Assembly: GCA_000092065.1 (NCBI GenBank)
Contig: CP000582.1
Origin: Ostreococcus lucimarinus
Taxonomy: Eukaryota
Length of the DNA stretch: 64,000 bases
Reading direction: 5' to 3' (one strand)
The notes below the pieces were generated by a model, which was not told the origin of the DNA, did not search any database, and saw only the letters and a list, made by a program, of their open reading frames with translations. Positions 40,488 to 51,812 of the stretch are shown here, piece by piece; position 1 is the stretch's first letter, and each line of letters begins with the position of its first letter. The translations under genes and the position numbers were made by a program.

Positions 40488-41738
40488 CTACTTTTTCGTC
40501 CCCTTGATCATGCCGTACGTCATCAAACCTGACTCGAACGCGCGAGCCATGCGTTCGAGGGTGACGATTTCGCGCACAACCTTGTACCACTGGCGAGGCC
40601 CGGCGAACACCACGGGCCACGGATCCCAAACCCCGACCCAGATCGAGTGACGCCACGACACGAGCGTGTTCTTCACCCAGTTCTCCGATCCCGTGCGCGC
40701 CATGGCGCCGGTGCCTCGTAAAAGACGTTCGTATTCCTCGTACGAGATAAAGTACGGGTGCGCCCACTCTTCGTAGAGAAATTGCAAGTTGCTCTTCTCC
40801 TTCTCCGTGAACTCCGGCGGCGTCTCGCGCTGACACCACGTCGCGATGACGATTTTACCACCAGGTTTTAACACTCGCACCATCTCCTCGACGTACTTTT
40901 TCTTATCCGGCATGTGCTCGCCGCTCTCGCACGCCCACACTAAATCAAACGTGTCGTCCTCGAATTCCATCGCCAGCGCATTCATCACCTGGAACTTCGC
41001 GTTCGGCACTCCTTGCTCCGCCGCCAGTTCTGTCGCGCGTTTCACCTGATTCGGCGAGAGCGTAATCCCAGTCACCGACGTGCCTTGACCGAAGCGCTTC
41101 GCCAAGTGTCGAGACGTCCCGCCGATGCCGCACCCGACGTCCAGCACCTTTGCCGGCTTATCAGCCTCGCTCCAATCCGCCATCTCGTCCACGAAATCAA
41201 ATTTGGCTTGAATGAAATCCTTCACCTTGCACCCGAGCAGCGTCCCCGCCCCTTTCGCCAGCTCCTCGTCGCTGTACCATCCCAAGTGTATGTGTTCGCC
41301 CCAGTAATATTCCAATATCCCCTCCTCCGTCCACGCGTCGTACTCCGTCCCGACCGTGTTCGCCCCGTCCACGTACGTTCGACTCGGCGTATCGAACACG
41401 TACTTTATCCCGCGTCCGACCGCGAGCGCCCCGAGCGCGATCGCCGCGTTCTCCGTCGTCGCCCAGCTCGGCGTTCGCGGCGTCGCGTTCGCGCTCGCGC
41501 CCTCGCTCGCGCGTCGCGCGCTCGTCCGCGTCTTCGCCGACGCGACGTCGCCGACCACCGCACCGCGCGCGTTTGAGCGCGGTCGCGCGCTGAGCTCTTC
41601 GATGGACAGCGCGCGCGGCGCGGGCGGCGTCTCGGCGACGGCGCGCGGATGACGTCCTCGATGACGTCGCGGCGTCGCGCGCGCGCGCGCCAGGGGCGCG
41701 CGCGCGCGCTCGGGGGCGAGGCGCGCGCTGGCGAACAT
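40488..41738 (-). CDS. SAM-dependent methyltransferase, gamma-tocopherol methyltransferase (VTE4)-like, with a transit peptide.
   Basis: VLDVGCGIGGTSRHLAKRFG...GITLSPNQVKRATELAAEQGVPNAKFQVMNALAMEFEDDTFDLVWACESGEHMPDKKKYVEEMVRVLKPGGKIVIATWCQRE closely matches the plant gamma-TMT core. The start MFASARLAPERARAPLARA resembles a presequence. Confidence 0.8.
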   Translation of the reverse strand: MFASARLAPERARAPLARARATPRRHRGRHPRAVAETPPAPRALSIEELSARPRSNARGAVVGDVASAKTRTSARRASEGASANATPRTPSWATTENAAIALGALAVGRGIKYVFDTPSRTYVDGANTVGTEYDAWTEEGILEYYWGEHIHLGWYSDEELAKGAGTLLGCKVKDFIQAKFDFVDEMADWSEADKPAKVLDVGCGIGGTSRHLAKRFGQGTSVTGITLSPNQVKRATELAAEQGVPNAKFQVMNALAMEFEDDTFDLVWACESGEHMPDKKKYVEEMVRVLKPGGKIVIATWCQRETPPEFTEKEKSNLQFLYEEWAHPYFISYEEYERLLRGTGAMARTGSENWVKNTLVSWRHSIWVGVWDPWPVVFAGPRQWYKVVREIVTLERMARAFESGLMTYGMIKGTKK

Positions 41739-41872
41739 CGTCGCGATTCGCGAGCGCGCGCGCGAGGCGCGGTGCGACGCGTGCGAGGCGCGGTGTGACG
41801 CGGACGCGAGTGGATAGAGTGCGTCCAAATGCGTTGCAAGGGACGCGACGAGACGCGACGGCGAAGAAACGC

Positions 41873-42837
41873 TCACTTTTGGCCGAACAAAGACTTGAAC
41901 GCCTTGATGGCGTTGGTGTTGATGAGCGGCTCGTCGAACTTGTCCATGAGCTCGGTGAATTCGGGCTGCTTTTGCACGAATTCCAAGCTCGGGTCGGTGC
42001 GAATCTTGCGGTAGTCGATCCAACCCGCGGACATGCATCGCTTGAGCGCGAGCAAGGATTCATCCGCCTTGCCGAGCTTGGAGAAGCAGCACGCGATGTT
42101 GTACTGAGCGACCTTGTAGATCTCCGTCGTCTTGGAAAAATCGTCACCCATGTAGTTCTTCGGTTCCAACGCCGCGACTTCCTCAAAGACGATTAACGCG
42201 TTGTCGAAATCCTTGCCGTTGTAAAGCTCGATGGCTTCGTCGAACATGTCTAATCTCTGGTTCTCCAACTCGCGCTTTTTGGAGTAGTTGTTCATTTGTT
42301 GTTCCTTCGTCCCGGCGCCGTAGTTACCACCCGCGCGTTCGCTCTTGAACGCCGAGCTCTTTTCGGTTTGTTGAAGCGCCGACAAGTCGCCGTCCATGTC
42401 CGTCATCTTCAAGTAGATGTCGCCGTTTCTATTCTTAATCGCGTACATCACCTGTCCGTACGACTCAGCGCCCCAGATCTCATCCCCGAACGACGCGCTC
42501 ACGGCTTCAATCTTATCGCCGACCTGGAATCGGTCGTAGATCGGGTCCGTGGGGACGAAGACGACGTACGCGCCGCCGTCGTTGCCTCGGTTAAACTTCA
42601 GCTCGATCGGCTTCGGGAGCGTCGCTGTGTGGAAAGGAAACGCGCGTTTCATCGTCAGTCATCGCGCGCGAACGAACACACGAAAGTGGCTCTGGGCGTA
42701 CCTTCGTACGTGTCCCCCTTGGCCGCGCGCACGACGGAGAACCGGCGCGCGATGTGCGAGTGACGTCGATCCTTGGTGAAAGTGGATAACGACGCCGTGT
42801 TGAGCGCCGCGGCGCGCTGGGCGTGCAGAGCGGACAT
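41873..42837 (-). CDS. PDZ plus TPR domain protein (MET1/TEF30-like photosystem II assembly factor) with a plastid transit peptide. Two exons: 42692..42837 and 41873..42624.
   Basis: Exon 2 has a PDZ-like region (GAYVVFVPTDPIYDRFQVGDKIEAVSASFGD) and TPR repeats (YNIACCFSKLGKADESLLALKRC). Exon 1 (MSALHAQRAAALNTASLSTFTKDRRHSHIARRFSVVRAAKGDTYE) is a classic S/T/A/R-rich transit peptide. It ends at a G|GTACGC donor. The intron has the branch site GACTGACGAT and the acceptor CACACAG, and the frame is preserved. Confidence 0.65.
42625..42691 (-). other. Intron (67 nt) in the MET1-like gene.
   Basis: Minus-strand donor GTACGC, branch ATGACTGACGATG 28 nt upstream of the acceptor CACAG. Phase 1 is preserved. 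Confidence 0.6.
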
Positions 42838-44980
42838 AAATGCGTGCGTGTGCGTACGCGCGGGGCTCGTTCGCGCGGAATAGGCGCGCGCGGTGACGAC
42901 GGAGCGTCGAGAACTGTGGAACGAGGCGCTACGGCGACGAGATAAAGCGCGAGCGGCGGCTGAGAAGCGAGGGATGACTTTCGCGCGTTGTGTGCGTTAC
43001 AACGAACGACGAGCGATGGTGGCCTAGGTGTGAGGAAAAAGTAACGTCGTGTGGTCAGCGTCTCGAATGCGAGCAAACGCGAGATTGGATTTAGTCCGTA
43101 ATTTAGTGACGTTCGCGCCGTAAGGATGCGCGCTCGTCGTGGAGTCATTGGACCACAAACCGGTTGTCTGGCCGGCGTCCCGCGAGCGGGACAAGATTGA
43201 TGTGCGCGACGGAAGTAAAAAGATCATCTCCACCGTTAAGTAAGGAGCGCCTTAGGCAAAGTCGCGGGAGGTTTTGTCGAAAAAGCGTCCTCGGTTGGAC
43301 TCGGACGTTTGGCCGTCGGAACGATTCGGCGGCGGCGGTGCGGTGTACAAAGCCTCGGGAAGTTTGAAGCAATGTAATTAGTGTTCATTCACGACGTCTT
43401 AAGAAACGAGTTGTTCGTCATCGACTTCGTACGCCACACCTCGCACACCCGGTATCGTTCGTTCAATCAAACATTCGTCCGCAGGAAGAAAATCTCGCGA
43501 CGAACCAAAGCTCATTACTTCTTAGAGGTTGATTAAGCCTCACGGTGAAATCAGCATCGGTTTTTGGAATCACGGCAAAGCGTTCATCGCGAGCGAGAAA
43601 ACGTAAGCAATCGTCGAGAGATGTCGCGCTGACGATTGAGCAGGCGACTGTGGATAGCAGCCACCTACTCACCCATGTCAACGCTGTCGGCTGTACCTTA
43701 GAACGACGGGAGAGCAGCACATGCGGCCGAAGCCTGATCAGCCCTCTGCTTTGTCAAGGAAACGAGGACGAGCAAACCGAATCGATAGAACGCGCCGTGA
43801 CACGTACCTGGCGTTCACGACCCTCAATGGTAGTTTTTGCCATGCCTGCGAATGAAAGAAAAGAGGCGTAAAGGTGAGTCTTGCGCGCGTCGTCGAACGA
43901 ATGTGGTGGAACTACGGAGGAATTTCGACGACTTGTAAACGCCAAAGCTCCACGGAGAGCCCATCCCCTTTTAATCTCGCCTTCGCTCAAAACTGACACG
44001 CGGAATTGAATCGCGGGGGTTCTAATTCCTCGATTCTCTGCGGGCAGCTCTGCAGCGAAGGCTTTCGCCGACGAAAAATACGTCGCGTCGTTCGTCGTCC
44101 CGTCCCCGAGCGAGCACCCGTTCACGACTCCCACGGCGCGATCGCCTCAGTCGAAAGATGGTGAATTATGTTTTGATTCTTCACGGTGTTCAGCCAGTAT
44201 GGACACGTTTACATCCCAGACGTCGGCCGCTTCGATCCCGGGCGTTGCTCTCGCGCGAAGGCCGCCGACGACGCCGACGACGACGCGCCGAATGTGAAAT
44301 CGAATAAGGGCGCGCGTCGAGTCGATTCCCCCGACGCGCGCGTGACAATGATCGACCTCTCTATTCACTCTCGGGCGCGTTAGGTTTCCCTTCGGACGCG
44401 CGGCATGGCGGTTATCAGCCGCCCCGCGACCCGTACACACAAACGCCCGCGCGCGCGAGAAAAACAACCGAAACAACCAACACCAACAATCCCTCTCCAC
44501 CGCGTCTCGGCCGATATGCTCAATTGACGTCACGACGACGCGCGCGGTTTTATTCCGGGTAACTAATCCGGCCGCGCGCGCGTCTCAGTAGCCAAGCGTA
44601 AAAGTTTTCGTCATCGACGTTCGGGCGATTGATGTTCGCGTGGCGTGATTCTTCGCGTCGAGGTCTCGCGCGTCGTCGTCGACGCGCGTCGCGTCGCCGT
44701 CGCGCGCGTCGCGTTCGCGCGCGTCGTCGCGCGCATCGCGTCGTCGTCGCGCGCACCTCGCGTCGCGTCTCGCGCGTCGTCGCGCGCGCGAAGTGCGGCG
44801 CGCGCGCGCGCCGGCGGCGGCCCAATAAACCACGCACAATACGACACCACGGGCGATTTTCGCTCGAAAATGCCGCGCGCGATAAATCGAGGGTTTTGCG
44901 CGAGGTGTCGCGCCCCGGCGAGGCGGCGATCGCGCGTCGTCGATCCGCCTTTTAGCGACGCGCGACCGTCCGTCGACACC

Positions 44981-45854
44981 ATGGGGGTGCGTCTCGCGAC
45001 GCTCGACGCTCGACGCGATGCGCTCGACGCGCGCTCGACGCGCGCCGCGGATCTCGCGTCGCGCGCGCGACGCGCGACGACGACGACGACGCGACGCGAA
45101 CGCGACGCTAGGGCTTTGAGCCCTCGCGCGCGCCGTCGCGGAAGACGACGATGCGCGAGCGCGCGTCGACGACCGCCGACGCGCGAGACGAGTGAAAACG
45201 TAGAAGAAATACTGACGAATCGCGCGCGAGTCGTTCGCTCGATAGGCTTACAAGTATGTGGAAGAACTTTGGAAGAAGAAGCAATCCGATGTGATGCGCT
45301 TCTTGCAGCGGATTCGCGTGTGGGAGTACCGGCAGTTGCCGTCCATCTGCCGCGTGACGCGACCGACGCGACCGGATAAGGCTCGACGACTTGGATACAA
45401 GGCCAAGCAAGGTTTCTGCATCTACCGCGCGCGCGTGCGCCGCGGTGGACGCAAACGACCGGTGGCGAAGGGTCAGGTGTACGGGAAGCCGGTGCACTGC
45501 GGTATCACGAAGTTGAAGTTTGCGCGCAACTTGCGATCGGTCGCGGAGGAACGCGCGGCGCGACGATGCGGCGCTTTGCGAGTGTTGAACTCGTACTGGT
45601 TGAACCAAGACTCGGTGTACAAGTACTATGAGGTGATCATGGTGGACCCGATGCACAAGTGCGTGCGCAACGACCCGCGCATCAACTGGATCTGCAACCC
45701 GACGCACAAGCACCGCGAAATGCGCGGTCTCACGTCCGCGGGGCGCAAGTACCGTGGCTTGCACGGCAAGGGTCACAACTTCACCAAGTCTCGTCCGTCC
45801 AAGCGGGCCACCTGGAGAAACAACAACCGCTTGTCCTACCGTCGCTACCGTTAG
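44981..45854 (+). CDS. RPL15: 60S ribosomal protein L15 (eL15). Two exons: 44981..44986 and 45246..45854.
   Basis: Exon 2 begins [20 protein letters not shown], which matches human RPL15 residues 3 onward (AYKYIQELWRKKQSDV). An in-frame stop lies immediately upstream of it. Exon 1 is ATGGGG (M-G), followed by the donor GTGCGT. Confidence 0.9.
44987..45245 (+). other. Intron (259 nt) in RPL15, placed after the second codon.
   Basis: Donor GTGCGT, branch ATACTGACGAAT about 33 nt upstream of the acceptor GATAG. The splice recreates the conserved MGAYKY N-terminus. Confidence 0.85.
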
Positions 45855-46036
45855 AACAGGGTTTCGAAGAAAAGTTAGTCGAGCACCACTTTTTAGCATA
45901 TTTGCTTGCTTGCGAATTTGTAATTACATCTTGGCGAGTGAACTTCCTTTAAGTAGTCTTGAACTCTCGCGAATCGTACAGAGGGATTATAGTGGCGGCG
46001 ATAAAGCTCGCTCGCGACGGCGCGACGTCGGAGGGC

Positions 46037-48880
46037 TTACACTTTCTTGGCTCGAATCGCGGCTTGCGCCGCGGCGAGACGTGCGATGGGCACGCGGAAC
46101 GGCGAACACGAGACGTAGTCGAGACCGCTCTTCGCGAAGAACTCGACAGAGATCGGTTCGCCACCGTGCTCACCGCAAATCCCAACCTTCAAGTCGGGGC
46201 GCGTGGAGCGACCGCGCTCAACGGACATTTGGACGAGTTGCCCGACGCCGTCGACGTCGATGACTTGGAAAGGATCGTGCTTCAGCACACCTTTTTCGAG
46301 GTACGTGGGCAGGAACTTACCCACGTCATCGCGAGAGTAACCGAACGTCATTTGCGTCAAGTCATTCGTACCGAACGAGAAGAACTCGGCGTGTTTGGCG
46401 ATTTCATTCGACAACAGCGCCGCGCGAGGAATCTCGATCATGGTACCCACGCGGTATTCCACAGAGTCCCCACGCTCGCCGAAGACGACGTCCGCGGTTT
46501 GACGAATCAACGCCACTTGATCTTCGAGTTCGGCGACGGTGCCGACGAGCGGGACCATGATGTCGGGAATCGGCGACGCGCCCTCGGCTTTGGCTTCGCA
46601 CGCGGCTTCGAGAATGGCGCGAACTTGCATTCGCGCGATTTCTGGATACGTGATGGCCAATCGGCAGCCGCGGAAACCCAACATCGGGTTCACTTCGACG
46701 AGCTTTTCGATGCGCTCGACGATGTCTTCTTCAGTCTCGCCAGTGTCCTCGCTGAGAAGTTGAACGACGTCGTCCAACTCGCCGTCGGGCAAGAACTCGT
46801 GAAGCGGAGGATCGAGAAGGCGAATGGTCACCGGCAAACCGCTCATGGCGTGGAAGATGCCCTTGAAATCATCTCGCTGGAACGGCAACAGCGCATCGAG
46901 CGCGGCTTCGCGGGAGGGCGTGTCCTTGGCCATGATCATCCGACGCACGGTTCGAATGCGCTCGCCGCTGCCAAAGAACATGTGCTCCGTGCGCACGAGA
47001 CCGATGCCTTCGGCACCGTTGGCGCGCGCCGCGGCGGCATCTTCGGGCGTATCGGCGTTTGTCAGCACCTTCATGTCACGGAATTCGTCGACCCAAGACA
47101 TGAACGTGCCCAAATCTTCGCTCACAGTCGGTGGCATGAGATCGGCGCGACCGCGAATGATTTCGCCCGTGGTACCGTTCAAGCTCAACCAGTCGTTTTC
47201 ATGAAGCGTGACGCCACCCAAAGTGAACGTGCGCGCGTGCTCGTCGATGGACAACTCGCCGCAGCCAGAGACGCACGTCTTACCCCAGCCGCGAGCGACG
47301 ACGGCGGCGTGCGACGTCATGCCGCCGCGCGCGGTCAAGATGCCCTCGGCGGCGTCCATGCCGCCGACGTCCTCGGGCGAGGTTTCGACGCGAACCAAGA
47401 TGACCTTGCGACCTTCGGCTTTCGCGGCTTCGGCGTCTTCGGTGCTGAAGACGATTTGTCCGACGGCGGCGCCCGGTGACGCGGGCAAGCCGGCGCCGAT
47501 GACGTCGGCCTTGTACGCGCCCTCGTCTTTAAACTGCGGATGAAGCAGTTGATCGACGTGCGTGGGTTCGACCATTTGCACGGCTTCTTCCTTGGTCACC
47601 AAGCCTTCCTTCACGAAGTCGACCGCCATTTTCACCGCGCCCGCGCCCGTGCGCTTGCCCGAGCGACATTGAAGCATGAAGAGTTGGCCGTCCTCGACGG
47701 TGAATTCGATGTCTTGCATGTCTTTGAAGTGCAATTCCAAGAGTTCCGTGTTCTTCACCAACTGCTCGTACGCCGCGGGCAACGCGTCCTTCATGGTTGA
47801 GATATCGCTCGGCGTGCGAATGCCCGCGACGACGTCCTCGCCTTGAGCGTTGACCAAGTACTCGCCGTAGAGCTTATTCTCGCCCGTGCTCGGATTTCTC
47901 GTGAACAACACCCCCGTTCCGGAAGTCTCGCCCATGTTCCCGAACACCATGGCTTGAATGTTCACAGCCGTGCCTCGCAAACCGGTGATCTTGTTGATGG
48001 CCATGTACTTCTTCGCCCGGTCGCTGTTCCACGAGTCGAAGACGGCGTACGTGGCGAGACGCAACTGCTCGAGCGGATCTTGCGGAAACGACACGTTTTC
48101 CGAGGCGTACACCCCCTTGTAGATCTCAACCAAGTCGCGCAAGTTTTGCTCGCTCAGTCCTTCGTCCGAATCCACCCCGACGTCGCGCTTCAGCGTCTCC
48201 AGCGCGTGTTCAAACTTGCCGTGATCGATCCCCATGACGACGTTGCCGTACATGTCGAGAAATCGGCGATACGAGTCAAACGCGAAGCGTCCACCGGCGC
48301 GTCGAGCCAACCCCTCGACCACGGAATCGTTCAACCCAAGATTCAGCACCGTGTCCATCATCCCCGGCATCGACACCGCCGCGCCGCTCCTCACGGACAC
48401 CAACAGCGGATTTTCCGCGTCCCCCAGCGTCTTCCCCAGCGCCGCCTCCACGTGCGCCAGCCCCGCGACCATCTCCTCCCACGCCCCCTCCGGCAGCGCC
48501 CCACCGTTCGCGTGAAAGTCCGCGCACGTCTCCGTGTCCACGGTGAATCCCGGCGGCACGCTCAGCCCGACGCGCGACATCTCCGCCAGATTCGCCCCCT
48601 TCCCTCCCAGGCGCGCCTTCGCGTCGCGCGCGCCCTCCGCCCGTCCCCCTCCGAATCGAAACACCCGTCCGAGCCCCCCCGAGGCCGCGTTCGCGATCGC
48701 GCGTTCGCTCGCGTCCGTCGCCTCGTTCCCGTTCGCGTCCGTCACCGACGCGCGCGCGCCGCGTCGCGCGCGCGCCCCGTTCGCGCGCTTCCGCGTCGTC
48801 GACGTCGGCGCCATCGTTTTCGCGCCGGTTGGCCTTCTCGCCGTCGGCTGCGTCATCGTTCGCGTCATCGATCGCGCCAT
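46037..48880 (-). CDS. PPDK: Pyruvate, phosphate dikinase (PPDK) with an N-terminal transit peptide.
   Basis: [23 protein letters not shown], the catalytic His block [22 protein letters not shown] and the C-terminal PEP-utilising domain are present. ATG at 48880 ([17 protein letters not shown]...). Confidence 0.9.
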   Translation of the reverse strand: MARSMTRTMTQPTARRPTGAKTMAPTSTTRKRANGARARRGARASVTDANGNEATDASERAIANAASGGLGRVFRFGGGRAEGARDAKARLGGKGANLAEMSRVGLSVPPGFTVDTETCADFHANGGALPEGAWEEMVAGLAHVEAALGKTLGDAENPLLVSVRSGAAVSMPGMMDTVLNLGLNDSVVEGLARRAGGRFAFDSYRRFLDMYGNVVMGIDHGKFEHALETLKRDVGVDSDEGLSEQNLRDLVEIYKGVYASENVSFPQDPLEQLRLATYAVFDSWNSDRAKKYMAINKITGLRGTAVNIQAMVFGNMGETSGTGVLFTRNPSTGENKLYGEYLVNAQGEDVVAGIRTPSDISTMKDALPAAYEQLVKNTELLELHFKDMQDIEFTVEDGQLFMLQCRSGKRTGAGAVKMAVDFVKEGLVTKEEAVQMVEPTHVDQLLHPQFKDEGAYKADVIGAGLPASPGAAVGQIVFSTEDAEAAKAEGRKVILVRVETSPEDVGGMDAAEGILTARGGMTSHAAVVARGWGKTCVSGCGELSIDEHARTFTLGGVTLHENDWLSLNGTTGEIIRGRADLMPPTVSEDLGTFMSWVDEFRDMKVLTNADTPEDAAAARANGAEGIGLVRTEHMFFGSGERIRTVRRMIMAKDTPSREAALDALLPFQRDDFKGIFHAMSGLPVTIRLLDPPLHEFLPDGELDDVVQLLSEDTGETEEDIVERIEKLVEVNPMLGFRGCRLAITYPEIARMQVRAILEAACEAKAEGASPIPDIMVPLVGTVAELEDQVALIRQTADVVFGERGDSVEYRVGTMIEIPRAALLSNEIAKHAEFFSFGTNDLTQMTFGYSRDDVGKFLPTYLEKGVLKHDPFQVIDVDGVGQLVQMSVERGRSTRPDLKVGICGEHGGEPISVEFFAKSGLDYVSCSPFRVPIARLAAAQAAIRAKKV

Positions 48881-49231
48881 CGTCGGTTGTCGCGACGGTC
48901 GGCGCGCGCGTGAACGTCGTTCGGACGTACCCCGAACGATCGGTCGCGCGCGCGGCGCGTGCGCGTGTCGCGGCGTCGCGCTTTGACGCGCGCGCGACGA
49001 CGATGCGTCGATCGAGCGGCACCCTCCCTCGCGAGGGGCCTCGGGGCCTCGATCGATCGCGCGGCGCGCGAAAATAGCGCTCGAGGCCCCCTGAGTACGG
49101 GTTTTCGGCGTTTTCCGGGTGTCGGGGCGTGCGTGGCCCGGGGGTCGGACACACGGGTGTGTGTAAACAGTCATTACGTGTATTTATTTATTTATGCATG
49201 TACGCATCGCGACGCGCGCGATCGCTCGCCC

Positions 49232-50272
49232 ATGCCGCCGTCGACGATTCGCGCGCGCCGCATTGATTCGAACGCGTCGTCGCAAAACATGGGCGTGCTG
49301 TGGGCGCTTCCGGTGCCGTACGCCCGCGCGATGCTGCGCGACACCTTCGTCGACGCGATCGCGACGCGCGTCTTGGCGCTGTACGGCCTCGTCGCGCTCG
49401 GGACGTACGCGATGCCGAAACTGTGGGTGCAGATGATGCCGGCGCAAAATTTAAGGAAAAAGTACGGCGCGACGTGGGCGCTCGTCACGGGCGGGTCGAC
49501 GGGGATCGGACGATCGCTCGCGGAGGCGCTGTTGGATCAAGGGCTGAACGTCGCGATCGCGGCGCTGGACGACGAGGCGCTGGTGGAGACGACGAAGGCG
49601 CTGCGGGAGCGACACGGGGCGAAGCGCGAGGTGCGGGCGATCGCGGTGAACCTCGGGGATCGCTCGGGAGGGTACGTGGACGTCATCGCGCGCGCGATGG
49701 AGGACGTGGACGTGCAGTGCGTGTTCAACAACGCGGGGTTCATGCTGACGGGGTTTTTCGATAAGCAACCGTTGGAAAAGTTGAACGCGAATCACGAGTG
49801 CAACGCGACGAGCGCGATGCGAATCACGCACGTCTTCGTGACGAGAATGCTGGAGAAGAAACTGCGAGGGTGCGTGGTGTTCACGTCGAGCGCGGCGGCG
49901 TGTCAACCGACGCCGTTTTCGGCGCTCTACGGCGCGACGAAGGCGTACGTATCCTCCTTCGCGGCGAACATCGGCGTCGAGTTGAAATCTCGCGGCGTCG
50001 ACGTCTGCGCGGTGCATCCGTCGCCGGTGGCGTCCCGTTTCTACGACAACGCCCACAAGTTGGATTCGTTGAACTTTTTCATGAAGTTCGCGGTGAAGCC
50101 CGAAGAGCTGCCGACGGAGATGTTCCGCCCGATCGGTCGCGTGTTGTGGCACGACGTCGGCGCCGTCGCCGTCGGCTTTCGCATGCTCCTCAAGCTCCTC
50201 GACTACGGTTTCTTCGCCACCCTCATCTCTCGCTTCGCCCACTTCATGGGCGATTACAAAAAGAACGTGTAG
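49232..50272 (+). CDS. Short-chain dehydrogenase/reductase (ketoreductase/17beta-HSD-like) with an N-terminal membrane anchor.
   Basis: WALVTGGSTGIGRSLAEAL (TGxxxGxG), NNAG, and the catalytic S...YxxxK block SALYGATKAYVSSFAANIGVELK are present. An N-terminal hydrophobic segment is VLALYGLVALGTYAM. An alternative ATG is at 49289. Confidence 0.8.
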   Translation: MPPSTIRARRIDSNASSQNMGVLWALPVPYARAMLRDTFVDAIATRVLALYGLVALGTYAMPKLWVQMMPAQNLRKKYGATWALVTGGSTGIGRSLAEALLDQGLNVAIAALDDEALVETTKALRERHGAKREVRAIAVNLGDRSGGYVDVIARAMEDVDVQCVFNNAGFMLTGFFDKQPLEKLNANHECNATSAMRITHVFVTRMLEKKLRGCVVFTSSAAACQPTPFSALYGATKAYVSSFAANIGVELKSRGVDVCAVHPSPVASRFYDNAHKLDSLNFFMKFAVKPEELPTEMFRPIGRVLWHDVGAVAVGFRMLLKLLDYGFFATLISRFAHFMGDYKKNV

Positions 50273-50406
50273 ATTGTCATCGCATCGTCGTTTCACCGCG
50301 AATCGCGCGCCGCGCGACGAACGAGCAACACCGAACCGCCGCGCGCCGACGAGCAACACCAAACCGTCGCGCGACGATCCAGCCCCACAACCCGTCGCCG
50401 CGCGCG

Positions 50407-51732
50407 ATGCCGCGCGAACGGCGCGCGACGCGCGCGCGCGCGTCGATCGCGACCGCACCGCGCGCGCTGTGCGCGCTGTGCGCGCTCACCGCGTGCGCGT
50501 TCGGACGCGTCGGCGTCGCGCGCGCGTCGCCAATCGTCGACACGAACGCGACGAACGCGACGACGACGCGCGACGCGACGACGGAGATGACGATCGAGCG
50601 CGCGCAAGAGTTGATGCGATCGGTGCGCGCGCTGGTGAACGCCACGGTGGGGGGAATCGCGAGCGCGCGGGCGGAGGAGGGGTTCGCGGCGGCGCTCGCG
50701 GCGTTGGAAACCGAGGCGGCGAACGCGAACGCGACGGCGGCGGAGGCGGCGATGCGGGCGAGCGCGAGAGGGGAGTACGGACAGGCGCTGGACATACTGG
50801 ATGATATCCTCGAGGATTTCGTGAACGCGACGGCGTCGGCGAGGGGCGTGGGGGAGTTGGGGGAGGCGTTGCGGGCGCTCGGCGAAGCCGCGGAGGCGGC
50901 GAGCGAGGCGAAGGACGACGAGAGCGAAGGCGCGTCGGTGGGAGACGGTGAGGACGCGTCGGAATCCGATGGGAGGGAAAGTTCGAGTTCGAACGATGCG
51001 TCGACGCCGAAGGCGAAGTCTGAGACGAAGGAGGAGGACGACGCGGCGAAGCAGGCGGCGCTGATTAAAAAATTAGAGGAGGAAAACGCGGCGCTTCGCG
51101 CGGAACAGTTGAAGGCGGAGAACGCGGCGTTGCGGAAGAAAAACGCAGAACTAGCGGCGGCGGAGGAAAACGAGACGGCGAAGACGCGCGTCGACGCCGA
51201 TGACGATGAAAATCAGGCGAAGGAGGACGGCGACGACGACGACCACGGAGACAAAGAGGACGAGGCCCCGGAGGCGGCGCCGTTTCAAGGCTTGAGCGAA
51301 GACGCAAACGACGAATCAGCTCCCGCGCCGAAAAAGTCTGTCGCGGGCGCTACGTTTAACGCCGCCGTGAGCGTTCACAGCCAATCGCCCTGGCTGTGGT
51401 ACTCGATCTCGTTCATCCTTCTCGCCGTCGTGGTGACGTCGTACGCGCACTCCCACCTCGAAGCCGCGGCGAACGAGCGACCGGCGTCCTCGCTCGAACT
51501 CGGCGCCTCGATCGTCCGCGCCGAAAAAAACGTCAGCGCGAAAGAAATCGGCCGCGAGATGAGCGTGAACGATGAGTTTTGGAAGAGCTCGCGCCCGTCG
51601 TCGCCCACTCGCGACGTCGGTCGCGGCACCGGTCGCGACTCCGGCTCCGCCGGTCGCCGCGTCGGTCGTCGCGTCGTCCAGCAGCGCGGTCCGATGACAG
51701 CCGAAGAGCGCGCCTTTTACGACGAACTTTGA
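50407..51732 (+). CDS. Hypothetical coiled-coil protein with an N-terminal signal peptide, a C-proximal TM helix and a YDEL C-terminus.
   Basis: MPRERRATRARASIATAPRALCALCALTACAFG (signal-like). A long A/E-rich coiled coil follows (EENAALRAEQLKAENAALRKKNAELAAAEE). The TM helix is WLWYSISFILLAVVVTSYAH. Confidence 0.45.
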   Translation: MPRERRATRARASIATAPRALCALCALTACAFGRVGVARASPIVDTNATNATTTRDATTEMTIERAQELMRSVRALVNATVGGIASARAEEGFAAALAALETEAANANATAAEAAMRASARGEYGQALDILDDILEDFVNATASARGVGELGEALRALGEAAEAASEAKDDESEGASVGDGEDASESDGRESSSSNDASTPKAKSETKEEDDAAKQAALIKKLEEENAALRAEQLKAENAALRKKNAELAAAEENETAKTRVDADDDENQAKEDGDDDDHGDKEDEAPEAAPFQGLSEDANDESAPAPKKSVAGATFNAAVSVHSQSPWLWYSISFILLAVVVTSYAHSHLEAAANERPASSLELGASIVRAEKNVSAKEIGREMSVNDEFWKSSRPSSPTRDVGRGTGRDSGSAGRRVGRRVVQQRGPMTAEERAFYDEL

Positions 51733-51812
51733 CGGCCCTGTACCAGTATTTAAGTGTAAATGATTCGCGCCGCGAGAGCAACCGTCCCCAGAGCGCGCCG
51801 CGGCGCGCCGCG

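Noticed and set aside
43807-43990. A U1 snRNA gene on the plus strand, suggested by ACGUACCUGGCG, a 10/11 match to the U1 5' end with a compensatory change for the +4C donor.
   Set aside because: I found no canonical U1 stem-loop I (the 70K loop), no Sm site and no 3' stem-loop downstream. The same 12-mer is equally well read as a CAG|GTACGT donor on the minus strand. I keep it only as an alternative under the low-GC island finding.
45959-47479. A 506-aa plus-strand ORF, and also 47843..48913 and 48276..49154.
   Set aside because: They are antisense to the PPDK gene. PPDK is strongly supported by catalytic motifs.
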